Below are positions 26,658 to 36,170 of a stretch of 64,000 nt of DNA, piece after piece. A program made the translations under genes and the position numbers. Below the pieces are notes generated by a model that saw only the letters and a program-made list of their open reading frames with translations, was not told the origin of the DNA and ran no database searches. Position 1 is the first letter of the stretch; each line of letters begins with the position of its first letter. Source of the stretch: Cyclobacteriaceae bacterium (GTDB taxonomy: Bacteria; Bacteroidota; Bacteroidia; Cytophagales; Cyclobacteriaceae); the NCBI GenBank assembly GCA_021604845.1, contig BQJT01000002.1:2495-66494 (forward strand), in the 5' to 3' direction.

Positions 26658-29312
26658 GTGAAAATCTGCTGTTCATTTTTAGCCTGGAGATTTGTTTTAG
26701 TATTACTACCTTCCGGGCTTTTAGGTTGTATGTCGGATAGAACAGGGAATGTGTTGTTAACTGAAAAAGCAGTTGAACGACTAGATTTAAAACAAAACTC
26801 ATTCTTTGCATTTGCCGAACTCCGGGATAACCCTCTCAAATGGTTTGATTCAATTCCCAAGGAGAAAGTTTCGGAAAGGAGTTACCGGGGTGTTTTTGAA
26901 ATGTCTGCTCAACCAGGTGAATATTATGTTTATCAGGTTGGGGTATGTGCAATCAGATCATCTGTTAAAAACCTGAAAGTGGTCTTAACTGATTTAAAGG
27001 ACAATCACGGTAACGTAATCCCTGAAGGAACAATGACTTGTTTTAACACAGGTGGCATAAATAGTCAGGGAGAACCATTTACTAAAGAAATACAAATTGA
27101 ACAAGGTCGATTACAGCCATTATGGATAGGTATTGATCTTCAAGGAGTAGAGATAGGTTCCTACTCAGGGTCCGTTTCGATTATCGCTGAGGACGAGCAA
27201 CAGCAGATACCTATTCAACTAAGGGTTCAAGGAGAAGTGGTTTCTAATCATGGATATAAGAACGACGATCGATTATCCCGCTTAAATTGGCTGAACTCAA
27301 TAAAGGGTATAAATGAGGAGGTTACCAAAGGTTTTATGCCGATTGAAATTGTCGATAATAAAGTAAGTATTTTGGCACGTACTCTGGATATTTCAGAAAG
27401 TGGACTTCCTTTATCTATTACTAGTTTTTTCAGCCCGTCTAACGAATCGTTCCAGGAAAAGGGCCAGCCCATTGTTAAGAAGCCCTTCAGGTTTATTATT
27501 GAAAAAGTGGATGGGGAAATTATTCACTTACAGCCGGGCTCATTAAATCTAATAAAGCATACGCCATCAAAAGTTGTCTGGAGTGTTCTGAACACTTCTA
27601 AATTATGTGACCTAACCGTTATTGGTCACATGGAATTTGATGGTTATGTGGAATATAAGTTAACCATTTCGGCGAAGATGCCCTTGAAAATAAAAGACAT
27701 TCGACTTGAAATTCCTGTGGAGAAAGATAAATCCGAATATATGATGGGACTGGGTCGTGAAGGAGGCTTGAGACCCACTGATTGGCATTGGAAATGGGAT
27801 GTACAGAAAAATCAGGACATGCTTTGGGTTGGAGCAGTGAATGGAGGACTAGGAATTAAATTAAAAGCTAAGAACTACAGACGACCTTTAGTAAATATAT
27901 ACTATGAATTTTCACCATTAATTATGCCATTATCATGGGATAATAAAGGTGAAGGGGGAATAGAAATGGTTGAAACATCCGGGGGTATTAATATAAGTGC
28001 TTATTCTGGAAGCAGAGAGTTAGCGCCTGGCGAACAATTGGATTTCAATTTTGAATTACTGATAACACCATTCAAGTTGATCGATAAAACGAAAAAATAT
28101 GGAGATCGCTATTATGCAAATCATCTTTCCAAATCATTTGAGAAAATTAAACTTGCAAAGCAGCTAGGTGCAAATATCATTGATGTACATCATGCAGAAG
28201 ACATTTATCCATTTATAAATTATCCATATCTGGAGGATTGTTCGGAGGAATTGACCCAATTAGCAAAGAATGTACACGATAATAATTTGCGGATGAAAGT
28301 GTACTATACTACAAGACTGTTGACAAAAAACGCACCTGAATTCTGGGCCTTTAGAAGTCTCAACAATGAGATCATTTTTCCTGGCCCGGGCAATGAAACA
28401 CGCACCGAAGCCAGATACCCAAACGGTCCACATCAATGGTATATCGAAAATCTTAGGGAGAAATACATCCCTGGATGGTTTGTTAACGTTGATGGGGGAA
28501 AATTCAAGGATGAATTGGATTTGTCAATTGTAACTACCCCTGATAGCCGCTTAAACAATTTTTACATCGCCGGACTCGATTGGATGTTAAGCAACATGGA
28601 CATTGATGGAGCTTATATCGATGATACCGCCCTGGATCGTATAGCGCTACAACGGGCAAGGAAGGTGATTGATAGCTACAAATCAAATGGGAGGTTGGAC
28701 TTGCACAGTTGGAATCATTTCCATCGATGGGCAGGATATTCAAATAGCTTGAATTTGTACATGGATTTGTTGCCTTATTTTGATCAGCTTTGGATTGGGG
28801 AAGGAAGGGACTATGACCGTGATCCGGATCATTGGCTGGTAGAAGTTTCGGGTATTCCCTTTGGTTTAAGTAGTCAAATGCTCAAAGATGGCGGAAATCC
28901 CTGGCGCGGTATGGTATATGGAATGACCAATCGAGCCGGCTGGAAAGGCAGTACTCCTCCTACTGCTATTTGGCAATTCTGGGATACTTACAAGATTCAA
29001 AACAAAGAGATGACTGGATATTGGGATAGAAACAATCCTATAACCTGCAATAATAAGATGATAAAAGCCTCCACTTACAAAGGTAGCACAGAATCGATTG
29101 TTTCTGTGGCTAACTGGAGCGACAAGGATCAACGGATAATATTGAATATTGATTGGGATAAGTTAGGTCTTGATCCTGTAAAGTCAGATATTTTTATTCC
29201 TGGAATTCCAGATTTTCAGGATCAACATATGCTTGTTTCATTAAAGGATTTAACTGTCCCGGCAAACAAGGGCTTCTTAATAATACTGAAAAATAGATCT
29301 GAAAAGATATGA
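26658..29312 (+). CDS. Large lipoprotein with a glycoside-hydrolase-like TIM-barrel C-terminal half (family uncertain)
   Basis: The tracked ORF starts at ATG 26568 and overlaps the upstream gene by 67 nt. The in-frame GTG at 26658 gives VKICCSFLAWRFVLVLLPSGLLGC, a signal peptide plus lipobox. The C-terminal half (IDVHHAEDIYPF...MDIDGAYIDDTALDR) looks like a GH-like TIM barrel. Confidence 0.55.
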   Translation: MKICCSFLAWRFVLVLLPSGLLGCMSDRTGNVLLTEKAVERLDLKQNSFFAFAELRDNPLKWFDSIPKEKVSERSYRGVFEMSAQPGEYYVYQVGVCAIRSSVKNLKVVLTDLKDNHGNVIPEGTMTCFNTGGINSQGEPFTKEIQIEQGRLQPLWIGIDLQGVEIGSYSGSVSIIAEDEQQQIPIQLRVQGEVVSNHGYKNDDRLSRLNWLNSIKGINEEVTKGFMPIEIVDNKVSILARTLDISESGLPLSITSFFSPSNESFQEKGQPIVKKPFRFIIEKVDGEIIHLQPGSLNLIKHTPSKVVWSVLNTSKLCDLTVIGHMEFDGYVEYKLTISAKMPLKIKDIRLEIPVEKDKSEYMMGLGREGGLRPTDWHWKWDVQKNQDMLWVGAVNGGLGIKLKAKNYRRPLVNIYYEFSPLIMPLSWDNKGEGGIEMVETSGGINISAYSGSRELAPGEQLDFNFELLITPFKLIDKTKKYGDRYYANHLSKSFEKIKLAKQLGANIIDVHHAEDIYPFINYPYLEDCSEELTQLAKNVHDNNLRMKVYYTTRLLTKNAPEFWAFRSLNNEIIFPGPGNETRTEARYPNGPHQWYIENLREKYIPGWFVNVDGGKFKDELDLSIVTTPDSRLNNFYIAGLDWMLSNMDIDGAYIDDTALDRIALQRARKVIDSYKSNGRLDLHSWNHFHRWAGYSNSLNLYMDLLPYFDQLWIGEGRDYDRDPDHWLVEVSGIPFGLSSQMLKDGGNPWRGMVYGMTNRAGWKGSTPPTAIWQFWDTYKIQNKEMTGYWDRNNPITCNNKMIKASTYKGSTESIVSVANWSDKDQRIILNIDWDKLGLDPVKSDIFIPGIPDFQDQHMLVSLKDLTVPANKGFLIILKNRSEKI

Positions 29313-29397
29313 CCATTTTCACATATGCTTGATCTATATGTATATAACCAGAGTTTGATAATGGAATGTTTAACGATTCTAATTTAATCCATGATAC

Positions 29398-30207
29398 TTG
29401 CTTAATATGATATTTTCAGATCTAAGTTATGAGATAATAAATAAGCAAGCTGAAGGTAATATTTCTGCGGTTTTACCCCTGGGAGCCATTGAACAACATG
29501 GACCTCATTTGGCAGTATCTACCGATACCAGTCTGGTTACGAGAATTGCTAGTCAGGCTGAAAAATTACGACCTGACAAAATATTACTGTGCCCCACGCT
29601 ACCTTTTGGTTCCAGTCATCATCATTTACAATTTGGAGGCACATTGAGTTTGTCAATCACCACTTACACCCAGGTTGTAGTAGATTTGGTAGAATCGTTA
29701 GTACAGAATGGCTTTAACAGAATAATTCTATTAAACGGGCATGGTGGTAACATCGTACCGGGTAAACAAGCACTTGCTGTTTTGAACGATAAGAACGACA
29801 AGACAAGTACATCTAATATTGTATTAGCAACATATTGGGAATTGGCTGGGGATGCGTTTACCAAGGGTAGCCTAATGGAAAGCCCAGCGCTTAGTCACGC
29901 TTGTGAGTATGAAACAAGCTTGCTTCTGCATCTATTTCCTGAAAAAGTAAACATGAAAAAAGCTGAACGAGCTACCAGACCAGACCCTAACTGGTATATA
30001 CCATATGAGGAAGAAAGTCCGTACAGGGGTGTTAGCACTCACAAGCCCACGCAGTTTATCTCGAATAATGGGAGTAGTGGAGAGCCTCAACTAGCTACTA
30101 CAGAAAAAGGCAAATATTTGTTTGATCATGCTGTACAATGCCTGGTTAAATTCGTTGATTCTTTTTGTAACTGGCCGTTCCTAATAAATTTAAAAAGCAA
30201 TGAATAA
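29398..30207 (+). CDS. Creatininase-family amidohydrolase
   Basis: The motif LPLGAIEQHGPHLAVSTD is the family signature. The likely true start is the ATG at 29407; the tracked start at 29398 is TTG. Confidence 0.78.
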   Translation: MLNMIFSDLSYEIINKQAEGNISAVLPLGAIEQHGPHLAVSTDTSLVTRIASQAEKLRPDKILLCPTLPFGSSHHHLQFGGTLSLSITTYTQVVVDLVESLVQNGFNRIILLNGHGGNIVPGKQALAVLNDKNDKTSTSNIVLATYWELAGDAFTKGSLMESPALSHACEYETSLLLHLFPEKVNMKKAERATRPDPNWYIPYEEESPYRGVSTHKPTQFISNNGSSGEPQLATTEKGKYLFDHAVQCLVKFVDSFCNWPFLINLKSNE

Positions 30208-30301
30208 ACTAGAAATTCGACCGAATCTGGTTCTTAAAATTATTTCTTTAAACCATATTATGGGGTCCATGGATTTAATGTTAGCCTGTTAATATTTTAA
30301 A

Positions 30302-31255
30302 ATGAAGGACATTAATGAGATAGGCATTGTTGGTCTTGGTATCATGGGAAGCAGCATAGCAACTTGTTTGTTGGCTCAAGGTTACAAAGTGACTTGTTTG
30401 ATCCAGGACTTAAGTACTACTCAACAAGCAAAAGATAGGATACTAGGGAATCTCAAACAGTTACACCACGAAGCACTGATTTTGGTTGACCCAAATCGAG
30501 TGTTGTCCAACCTGTTTGTAACTGATGACATAAAGAATTTGGGTCATCATGAGATAATTATCGAATCCATAGTTGAAAACCTTGAAGCGAAGAAAAGAGT
30601 CTATTCTCAACTGGAAAAGGTGTTGTCGTCAAATGCCATAATTGGGAGCAATACTTCAGGAATTCCTGTATCCATACTACAAGAAGGAATGGTTCATCCT
30701 GAGCGGTTAATTGGTATACACTGGGCAGAGCCCGCACATGTAACAAGATTCATGGAAGTGATCTGTGGTAAAAACTCCAGTCTTAAATTTGCCAAAAAGG
30801 TAATTGAACTTGCTTCTAACTGGGGAAAAGAACCTACGTTGGTGAAACGCGATATCAGGGGATTTATTTCCAACCGTTTAATGTATGCCATGATGAGAGA
30901 AGCCTTTTACCTGGTAGAGAAAAAATACGCAACCTATGAAGATATTGACCGGGCCTGTAGGAATGATTTAGGCGCCTGGATTACTCTTGCCGGCCCATTC
31001 AGATTTATGGATTTAACTGGGATACCAGCGTACCTTTCAGTAATGAAGGACTTATTTCCAGAATTGTCGAATTCAAACGTTGCTCCTGATTTTATAGAAA
31101 AACTTGTGTCATCAGGAGCAAGGGGAGTAAGCAATGCACATGGATTTTATCAATACACCGACAAATCTGCAGACCGGTGGGAAAAGAAATTTCATAAATT
31201 CAGCTACGATATTAGAAAGTTGTCTGAGAAGTATTCGACCGATCAAGACTCATGA
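30302..31255 (+). CDS. 3-hydroxyacyl-CoA dehydrogenase-family NAD-dependent dehydrogenase
   Basis: 317 aa with Rossmann motif IGIVGLGIMGSSIA. SNTSGIPV and IGIHWAEPAH are typical of the 3HCDH family. Confidence 0.82.
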   Translation: MKDINEIGIVGLGIMGSSIATCLLAQGYKVTCLIQDLSTTQQAKDRILGNLKQLHHEALILVDPNRVLSNLFVTDDIKNLGHHEIIIESIVENLEAKKRVYSQLEKVLSSNAIIGSNTSGIPVSILQEGMVHPERLIGIHWAEPAHVTRFMEVICGKNSSLKFAKKVIELASNWGKEPTLVKRDIRGFISNRLMYAMMREAFYLVEKKYATYEDIDRACRNDLGAWITLAGPFRFMDLTGIPAYLSVMKDLFPELSNSNVAPDFIEKLVSSGARGVSNAHGFYQYTDKSADRWEKKFHKFSYDIRKLSEKYSTDQDS

Positions 31256-32391
31256 TTAGGGACACCACAATTAGTCGAATTACAGCTACCGAGGTAATAG
31301 TCCCTGCAAAACCTGGAACTCTAAATTCGGGCTCAGTCTTGGATACCGACACTGTATTTGCTAAGAAACTCTTAACTGGGAATAGCTGGGTTGATTTTGC
31401 AAATCAACCGAAATGGATTATTCAGATCTGGTTGGCGAATGGTCTTGTGGGTATCGGAGAAACTTACAGGAACGCTAAAGAATTACCCTTGAAGGCAGGT
31501 TTGAACCAACTTGCTGGCAAAGATGTGATGAATCTTAACTGGAGAAAGTTACCGATAGAAAATCTCAGAATTTATGAAGCGTTTGAAACGGCCATATTGG
31601 ATGTTGCTGGTAAATACTTAGGAGTACCTATATGCCAGCTTTTAGGAGGAGCCAATAGAGATCGAATTGAATGCATGGGCTGGACTGGAAGAAGAACTCC
31701 AAAGGATGCAGCTTCGAAAGCATTTGAGGCAATGAAAAAAGGGCATAAAGTTTTCAAATTCAAATGTTCCAATGACGATCCAGTTCGAATGTGGCTGGAA
31801 AAAATCAAACAAAAATGTGGGACAGGAATTAAAATTGTTTTGGACCCAAATCAAAGATGGAAAGATATTAGTACCACACTTAAAATGATGGAAGGAGTTG
31901 ACACGCAGCAAATTTTTTGTCTTGAAGACCCCATATTACATGAGGATTTTGAAGGGTATAAAGTTTTGAGAAAATCTTTGGGGGTTCCAATTTTCAGGCA
32001 TATATCCTTACCATACGACCAGGATATTAGGGATATTTTCTCATTAATTAAATTAGATGCTGTTGATGGGTACAATTTTAATGGCCCCGCTTTCAACTCC
32101 ATTTTATTGGCTGAAATAGCAAATCTTCAGGGAAAAGGATGTTGGAGAGGATCAGAAGTGGACCTTGGCATTTCCGAAACAATGGCAATGCACATAGCAC
32201 GGGCGAGTCCAGGTTGTAGTTTACCTTCGGATATATTTGGAGAACTCGTCCGAGTGGATGATCTAATCGAAACACCCATATCCTTTGAAAACGGATTTGC
32301 TATCCCACCTCAGGGAGATGGACTAGGTACGAACTTGGATCTGGTTGCCTTAGAGAGGTATGGTACAGGTAAAATTATTAACACAAACTAA
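31252..32391 (+). CDS. Enolase-superfamily enzyme (mandelate racemase/muconate lactonizing type)
   Basis: 379 aa with FKFKCS (K-x-K), VLDPNQRW and CLEDP metal-ligand motifs. Its start overlaps the upstream stop (ATGA). Confidence 0.78.
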   Translation: MIRDTTISRITATEVIVPAKPGTLNSGSVLDTDTVFAKKLLTGNSWVDFANQPKWIIQIWLANGLVGIGETYRNAKELPLKAGLNQLAGKDVMNLNWRKLPIENLRIYEAFETAILDVAGKYLGVPICQLLGGANRDRIECMGWTGRRTPKDAASKAFEAMKKGHKVFKFKCSNDDPVRMWLEKIKQKCGTGIKIVLDPNQRWKDISTTLKMMEGVDTQQIFCLEDPILHEDFEGYKVLRKSLGVPIFRHISLPYDQDIRDIFSLIKLDAVDGYNFNGPAFNSILLAEIANLQGKGCWRGSEVDLGISETMAMHIARASPGCSLPSDIFGELVRVDDLIETPISFENGFAIPPQGDGLGTNLDLVALERYGTGKIINTN

Positions 32392-32468
32392 GCTGAATTG
32401 CACCAAAGTATTACCTTATAACCTTTATAGCAATTAAAACAAGTATTAAAAAACATCTGAGCAGTCCA

Positions 32469-33392
32469 ATGAATGTGAATAACAATAGTAATGATTTGCA
32501 TGGTGTGGTCCCAATTATCCCCACCCCTTTTGATAAGAATGGTGAGATTGATGAAGAAGGGATAAGAAGGTTGGTTGATTTTGCAATTTCGAATGGAATT
32601 ACCGCTGGTTGTCTGCCCGCTTATGCAAGTGAGTTTTATAAGCTAGCCGAAGAAGAAAAATTACAAGTAGTTAGGATTGCAGTTAGCCAATCCTCAGGTC
32701 GAATGAAAGTGGTTGCTCAATCAAATCACCCGGCTCTTAATATTGCAATCAAACTGGCACAGGCGAATGTGGATGCAGGTGCTGATGTGATATCTTTAGC
32801 TGTTCCACGGATGTTCGACCTTCCGGAGGATTCCATCTACGAGTATTTGTCAGAATTTATGCGGTCTGTTTCCGAAACACCGGTATTAATTCAGGACTTT
32901 AATCCTGGAGGATCATCTATTAGTGTTTCACTTATCCGGAGATTAAAGGATGAAAATCCAAATTTTAAATACCTAAAACTTGAAGAACCACTAGCTGCAC
33001 AAAAGTTTGAGGAAATAATTAACCTGACCCAGGGTCAGGTTAAACTATTTGAAGGGTGGGGAGGCTTGTATATGATGGAGTTAATACCACTGGGTATTGC
33101 GGGAATCATGCCTGGCCTGGGAGTATCTGATATTTTACAAAGAGTATTTGATCTCAGAGTGAACAATAAAAATGATCAGGCCTTTAATTTGTTTGAAAAA
33201 GTTATGCCCCAAATTTTCTTTTCACTGCAAAATATGGAGTTATTCCATTTCATCGAAAAGGATCTACTGGTGGCGAGAGGAATACTGCAGGGTAGTTCAG
33301 TTCGCAAAATGGCCTATAAACCTGATAACGCTACTTTGTCTTACATTAAAGAGCTAAATGAACGAATAGTAAAACTATCCCGTACTCTATAG
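32469..33392 (+). CDS. Dihydrodipicolinate synthase/N-acetylneuraminate lyase-family class I aldolase
   Basis: 307 aa. The N-terminal GVVPIIPTPFDKNGEIDEEGIRRLVDF is the family pattern. Confidence 0.82.
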   Translation: MNVNNNSNDLHGVVPIIPTPFDKNGEIDEEGIRRLVDFAISNGITAGCLPAYASEFYKLAEEEKLQVVRIAVSQSSGRMKVVAQSNHPALNIAIKLAQANVDAGADVISLAVPRMFDLPEDSIYEYLSEFMRSVSETPVLIQDFNPGGSSISVSLIRRLKDENPNFKYLKLEEPLAAQKFEEIINLTQGQVKLFEGWGGLYMMELIPLGIAGIMPGLGVSDILQRVFDLRVNNKNDQAFNLFEKVMPQIFFSLQNMELFHFIEKDLLVARGILQGSSVRKMAYKPDNATLSYIKELNERIVKLSRTL

Positions 33393-33462
33393 TGCTTATG
33401 ATTAAAATGCTGGAGGGGTACTGAAAAAATTGTTTCTATAGGTGGTATTTATTTGAAAGAAC

Positions 33463-34596
33463 ATGCGAATCAGAATTAATAAAATTTCGGCCTCAATCTG
33501 TGAACACCCCTTAGATGACAAATTCGTTATTGTTTCGAACATTGGTGTCCATAGGAGGTCCAGGTTTGTCCTGGTGGAAATACAAAGTTCTGATGAAATT
33601 ACCGGTTATGGTGAAGGGGCAACCACTGCGATATGGAGTGGAGAGACTGCTGAAACTGCGAAATCGATTGTGGAAAACATTTTTGCCCCGAATCTTGAAA
33701 ACCAATATTTTGATCACCCTGGTGAAGTCTCATCGATAGTTAATGAGCTAGCGGTTGGTAACCCATTTGCGAAAGCCGCAGTAGATACAGCTTTTTGGGA
33801 TCTGTGGGCTCGCACGCAATGCTCCAGGGTATCAGATCTCGTTGCAGATCGCAGGCCAATTGAATCCATTCCTACTCGTGCTAGTATAGGGGTTTATAAC
33901 ATTCAGCAAACAGTAAGTATAGCTACTGCTTTTTGGGAGGCGGGAATTCGGGTATTAAAGTTTAAAGTGGGGGTTCCACCTCATGATGATGTTGCCCGGC
34001 TAAAAGCGGTTAGGGAAGAACTAGGTGATGATCCGGTGTTTACAATAGACCCTAATGGAGGTTATAGCAGTAGAGATATTGCCGTAGCTGCTATCGAGGC
34101 ACTTTTACCCTTTAACTTAAAGTTTGTAGAGCAGCCTACGCCTAGAGATCGCATCCAGATGTTGGCAGATGTACGTAGGAGAATTCCAGTTCCAATTATT
34201 GCTGATGAAAGCATATTCACTAAAGGTCATCTGTATGAAGCCTTGGATTGCGATGCGTTTGATATATTGTCGGTTTACCCGGGGAAGAATGGTGGGTTTA
34301 CCAGTTGCCTGGATATGGTAGAAACAGCGAAAAAATACGGGAAAGCGTGCGTGCTTGGGTCTAACCTGGAAACCGACCTGGGGCAAGCTGCAATGGCCAA
34401 CCTGGCCGCCGGCCTGGAAGCTTTTCCCGTTGAAGAAATAGCTGGTGATCTGGGGTCTTGTATGTATTACAAAGATTCTTCGGTAACGAACCCACTAGCC
34501 TTATCAAATGGCCGAATTAATGTTCCCGAAGGTATTGGGTTTGGGGTTTCTCCAATTACATCTGAAGGGAATTTAAAATTGAAAAATATATGTTGA
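33463..34596 (+). CDS. Enolase-superfamily enzyme, MLE subgroup-like (racemase, epimerase or dehydratase)
   Basis: 377 aa with LKFKVG (K-x-K), TIDPNGGY, VEQP, IADES and YPGKNGG motifs. Confidence 0.82.
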   Translation: MRIRINKISASICEHPLDDKFVIVSNIGVHRRSRFVLVEIQSSDEITGYGEGATTAIWSGETAETAKSIVENIFAPNLENQYFDHPGEVSSIVNELAVGNPFAKAAVDTAFWDLWARTQCSRVSDLVADRRPIESIPTRASIGVYNIQQTVSIATAFWEAGIRVLKFKVGVPPHDDVARLKAVREELGDDPVFTIDPNGGYSSRDIAVAAIEALLPFNLKFVEQPTPRDRIQMLADVRRRIPVPIIADESIFTKGHLYEALDCDAFDILSVYPGKNGGFTSCLDMVETAKKYGKACVLGSNLETDLGQAAMANLAAGLEAFPVEEIAGDLGSCMYYKDSSVTNPLALSNGRINVPEGIGFGVSPITSEGNLKLKNIC

Positions 34597-35306
34597 TCGA
34601 TAGTCACGCGATGCTTGGGAAAGAAAATCACCATTCGTTGGAGGAACGAGAACTTATACGTAGAATGGATTTACATAAGGTGGATAAAGCCATTGTCCGA
34701 CCTATGGGGTCGGAGCTTATTGTTGAGAATAAGTTAGGAAACAACCGTGTCCTTGCAAATGGGTCCCGTTTATTGGCATTAGTTAGTGTCAATCCCTGGT
34801 TTGGGGATAGCGCGTTGGATGAACTTAAAAGATGCTATGATTCTGGTGCTGTCGGGTTGTTTTTACATCCAGCGCGCCAGGGCTTCTTCCCGGTAGAACC
34901 TATTGCAATTCCGGTACTTGAACTTGCTTTTTCGTTTAGGTGGCCGGTCATGTTTCATACAGGAACTTATATTTACTCCGACCTTCTTGCTGTAGGAGAG
35001 GTTGCACGTGCTTACCCGGATCAATTAATTATTGCTGGATTTGGAGGCTATGCTGATATGTGGTTTGAACTGCCTGACCTCTTTGATGAAGTTGAAAATC
35101 TCTATTTGGATACATCTTTATTGTTTAGCCATAATGTCATCAGCGTAATATCAAAAATAGGAAGCTCCCGAATATTGTTTGGAAGTGGTGAACCTAGAAA
35201 CAATTATGCAGTGCATTTTGAAGCATTAAAACGTCATAGCTTATCGAAAGAAACCATTTCAGCTATTATGGGAGACAATGCTAAAAGAATATTTAATATC
35301 AAATGA
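34590..35306 (+). CDS. Amidohydrolase-2-family metal-dependent hydrolase (lactonase/decarboxylase-type TIM barrel)
   Basis: 238 aa with N-terminal MLIDSHAML. Its start overlaps the upstream stop (ATGTTGA). It is paired with a paralogue downstream. Confidence 0.7.
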   Translation: MLIDSHAMLGKENHHSLEERELIRRMDLHKVDKAIVRPMGSELIVENKLGNNRVLANGSRLLALVSVNPWFGDSALDELKRCYDSGAVGLFLHPARQGFFPVEPIAIPVLELAFSFRWPVMFHTGTYIYSDLLAVGEVARAYPDQLIIAGFGGYADMWFELPDLFDEVENLYLDTSLLFSHNVISVISKIGSSRILFGSGEPRNNYAVHFEALKRHSLSKETISAIMGDNAKRIFNIK

Positions 35307-36064
35307 TAATAGATTTTCATACACATCTGGATGAATCCTGGATTGGCAACAAATTGATGCCTGAGCAGACATTTTTGGACCTTATGAATCGCTATGAAGT
35401 TGAGGTGGCCTGTATATTTACCCTGGAAGGATTCTATGGTAACTGCTCTATGCATAATGACAATCTGGCTGAACGAGCAAGGAGAAACCCACAACGGCTC
35501 GTCCCTTTTGCAACTGTAAATCCTAAACTTGGTGATCAGGCAGTTAACGAACTGGAACGGTGCTTAGCCAATCCACTATTTCGCGGGGTGAAATTCCATA
35601 CCTGGCTACAGGCAATTGCTCCCTCAATGGTAAAAGAAACCATGATAAAACTTCTAAAATGTGCTGCAAAACATAATGTACCAGTGATTTTTCATGATGG
35701 GACACCTCCTTATGCAACGACTTTTCAAATTGCTGCTTTGGCTCGTTGGGTGCCAGCTGCAAAAATTATTCTGGGTCATTCCGGGTTGTCAGACTATATT
35801 GTAGCGGCCGGGCAATTGGCAGGAGAATTGGATAACCTGTATTTATGTCTGACTGGACCTAAAAGTGGAGAGATTAAGTTTTTAGCTGATACTGCAGGTG
35901 TAGACAAGATGGTTTTTGGCTCGGACCTCGGATTTTCTGATTGGAGAATGTTGCCGGAATGCATTGATTACGTACTTCAATCAGGCCTGCATCCTCAATC
36001 AATTAGCAAAATATTTTATAGCAACGCAGTTGATCTACTTGATTTAAAGAGAAGACCATTGTAA
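35303..36064 (+). CDS. Amidohydrolase-2-family metal-dependent hydrolase
   Basis: 253 aa with the N-terminal IIDFHTHL metal motif, HDG and a later GSD motif. Its start overlaps the upstream stop (ATGA). Confidence 0.78.
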   Translation: MIIDFHTHLDESWIGNKLMPEQTFLDLMNRYEVEVACIFTLEGFYGNCSMHNDNLAERARRNPQRLVPFATVNPKLGDQAVNELERCLANPLFRGVKFHTWLQAIAPSMVKETMIKLLKCAAKHNVPVIFHDGTPPYATTFQIAALARWVPAAKIILGHSGLSDYIVAAGQLAGELDNLYLCLTGPKSGEIKFLADTAGVDKMVFGSDLGFSDWRMLPECIDYVLQSGLHPQSISKIFYSNAVDLLDLKRRPL

Positions 36065-36170
36065 CGCGATTAATCAAAGTCCATTGCCTAGTTTATAACG
36101 ACAAAGAGAAAAGATGACATTATTTAAAGGCATTGTAATTTTAGTGAACTCAATATACTAGAGACGTACT

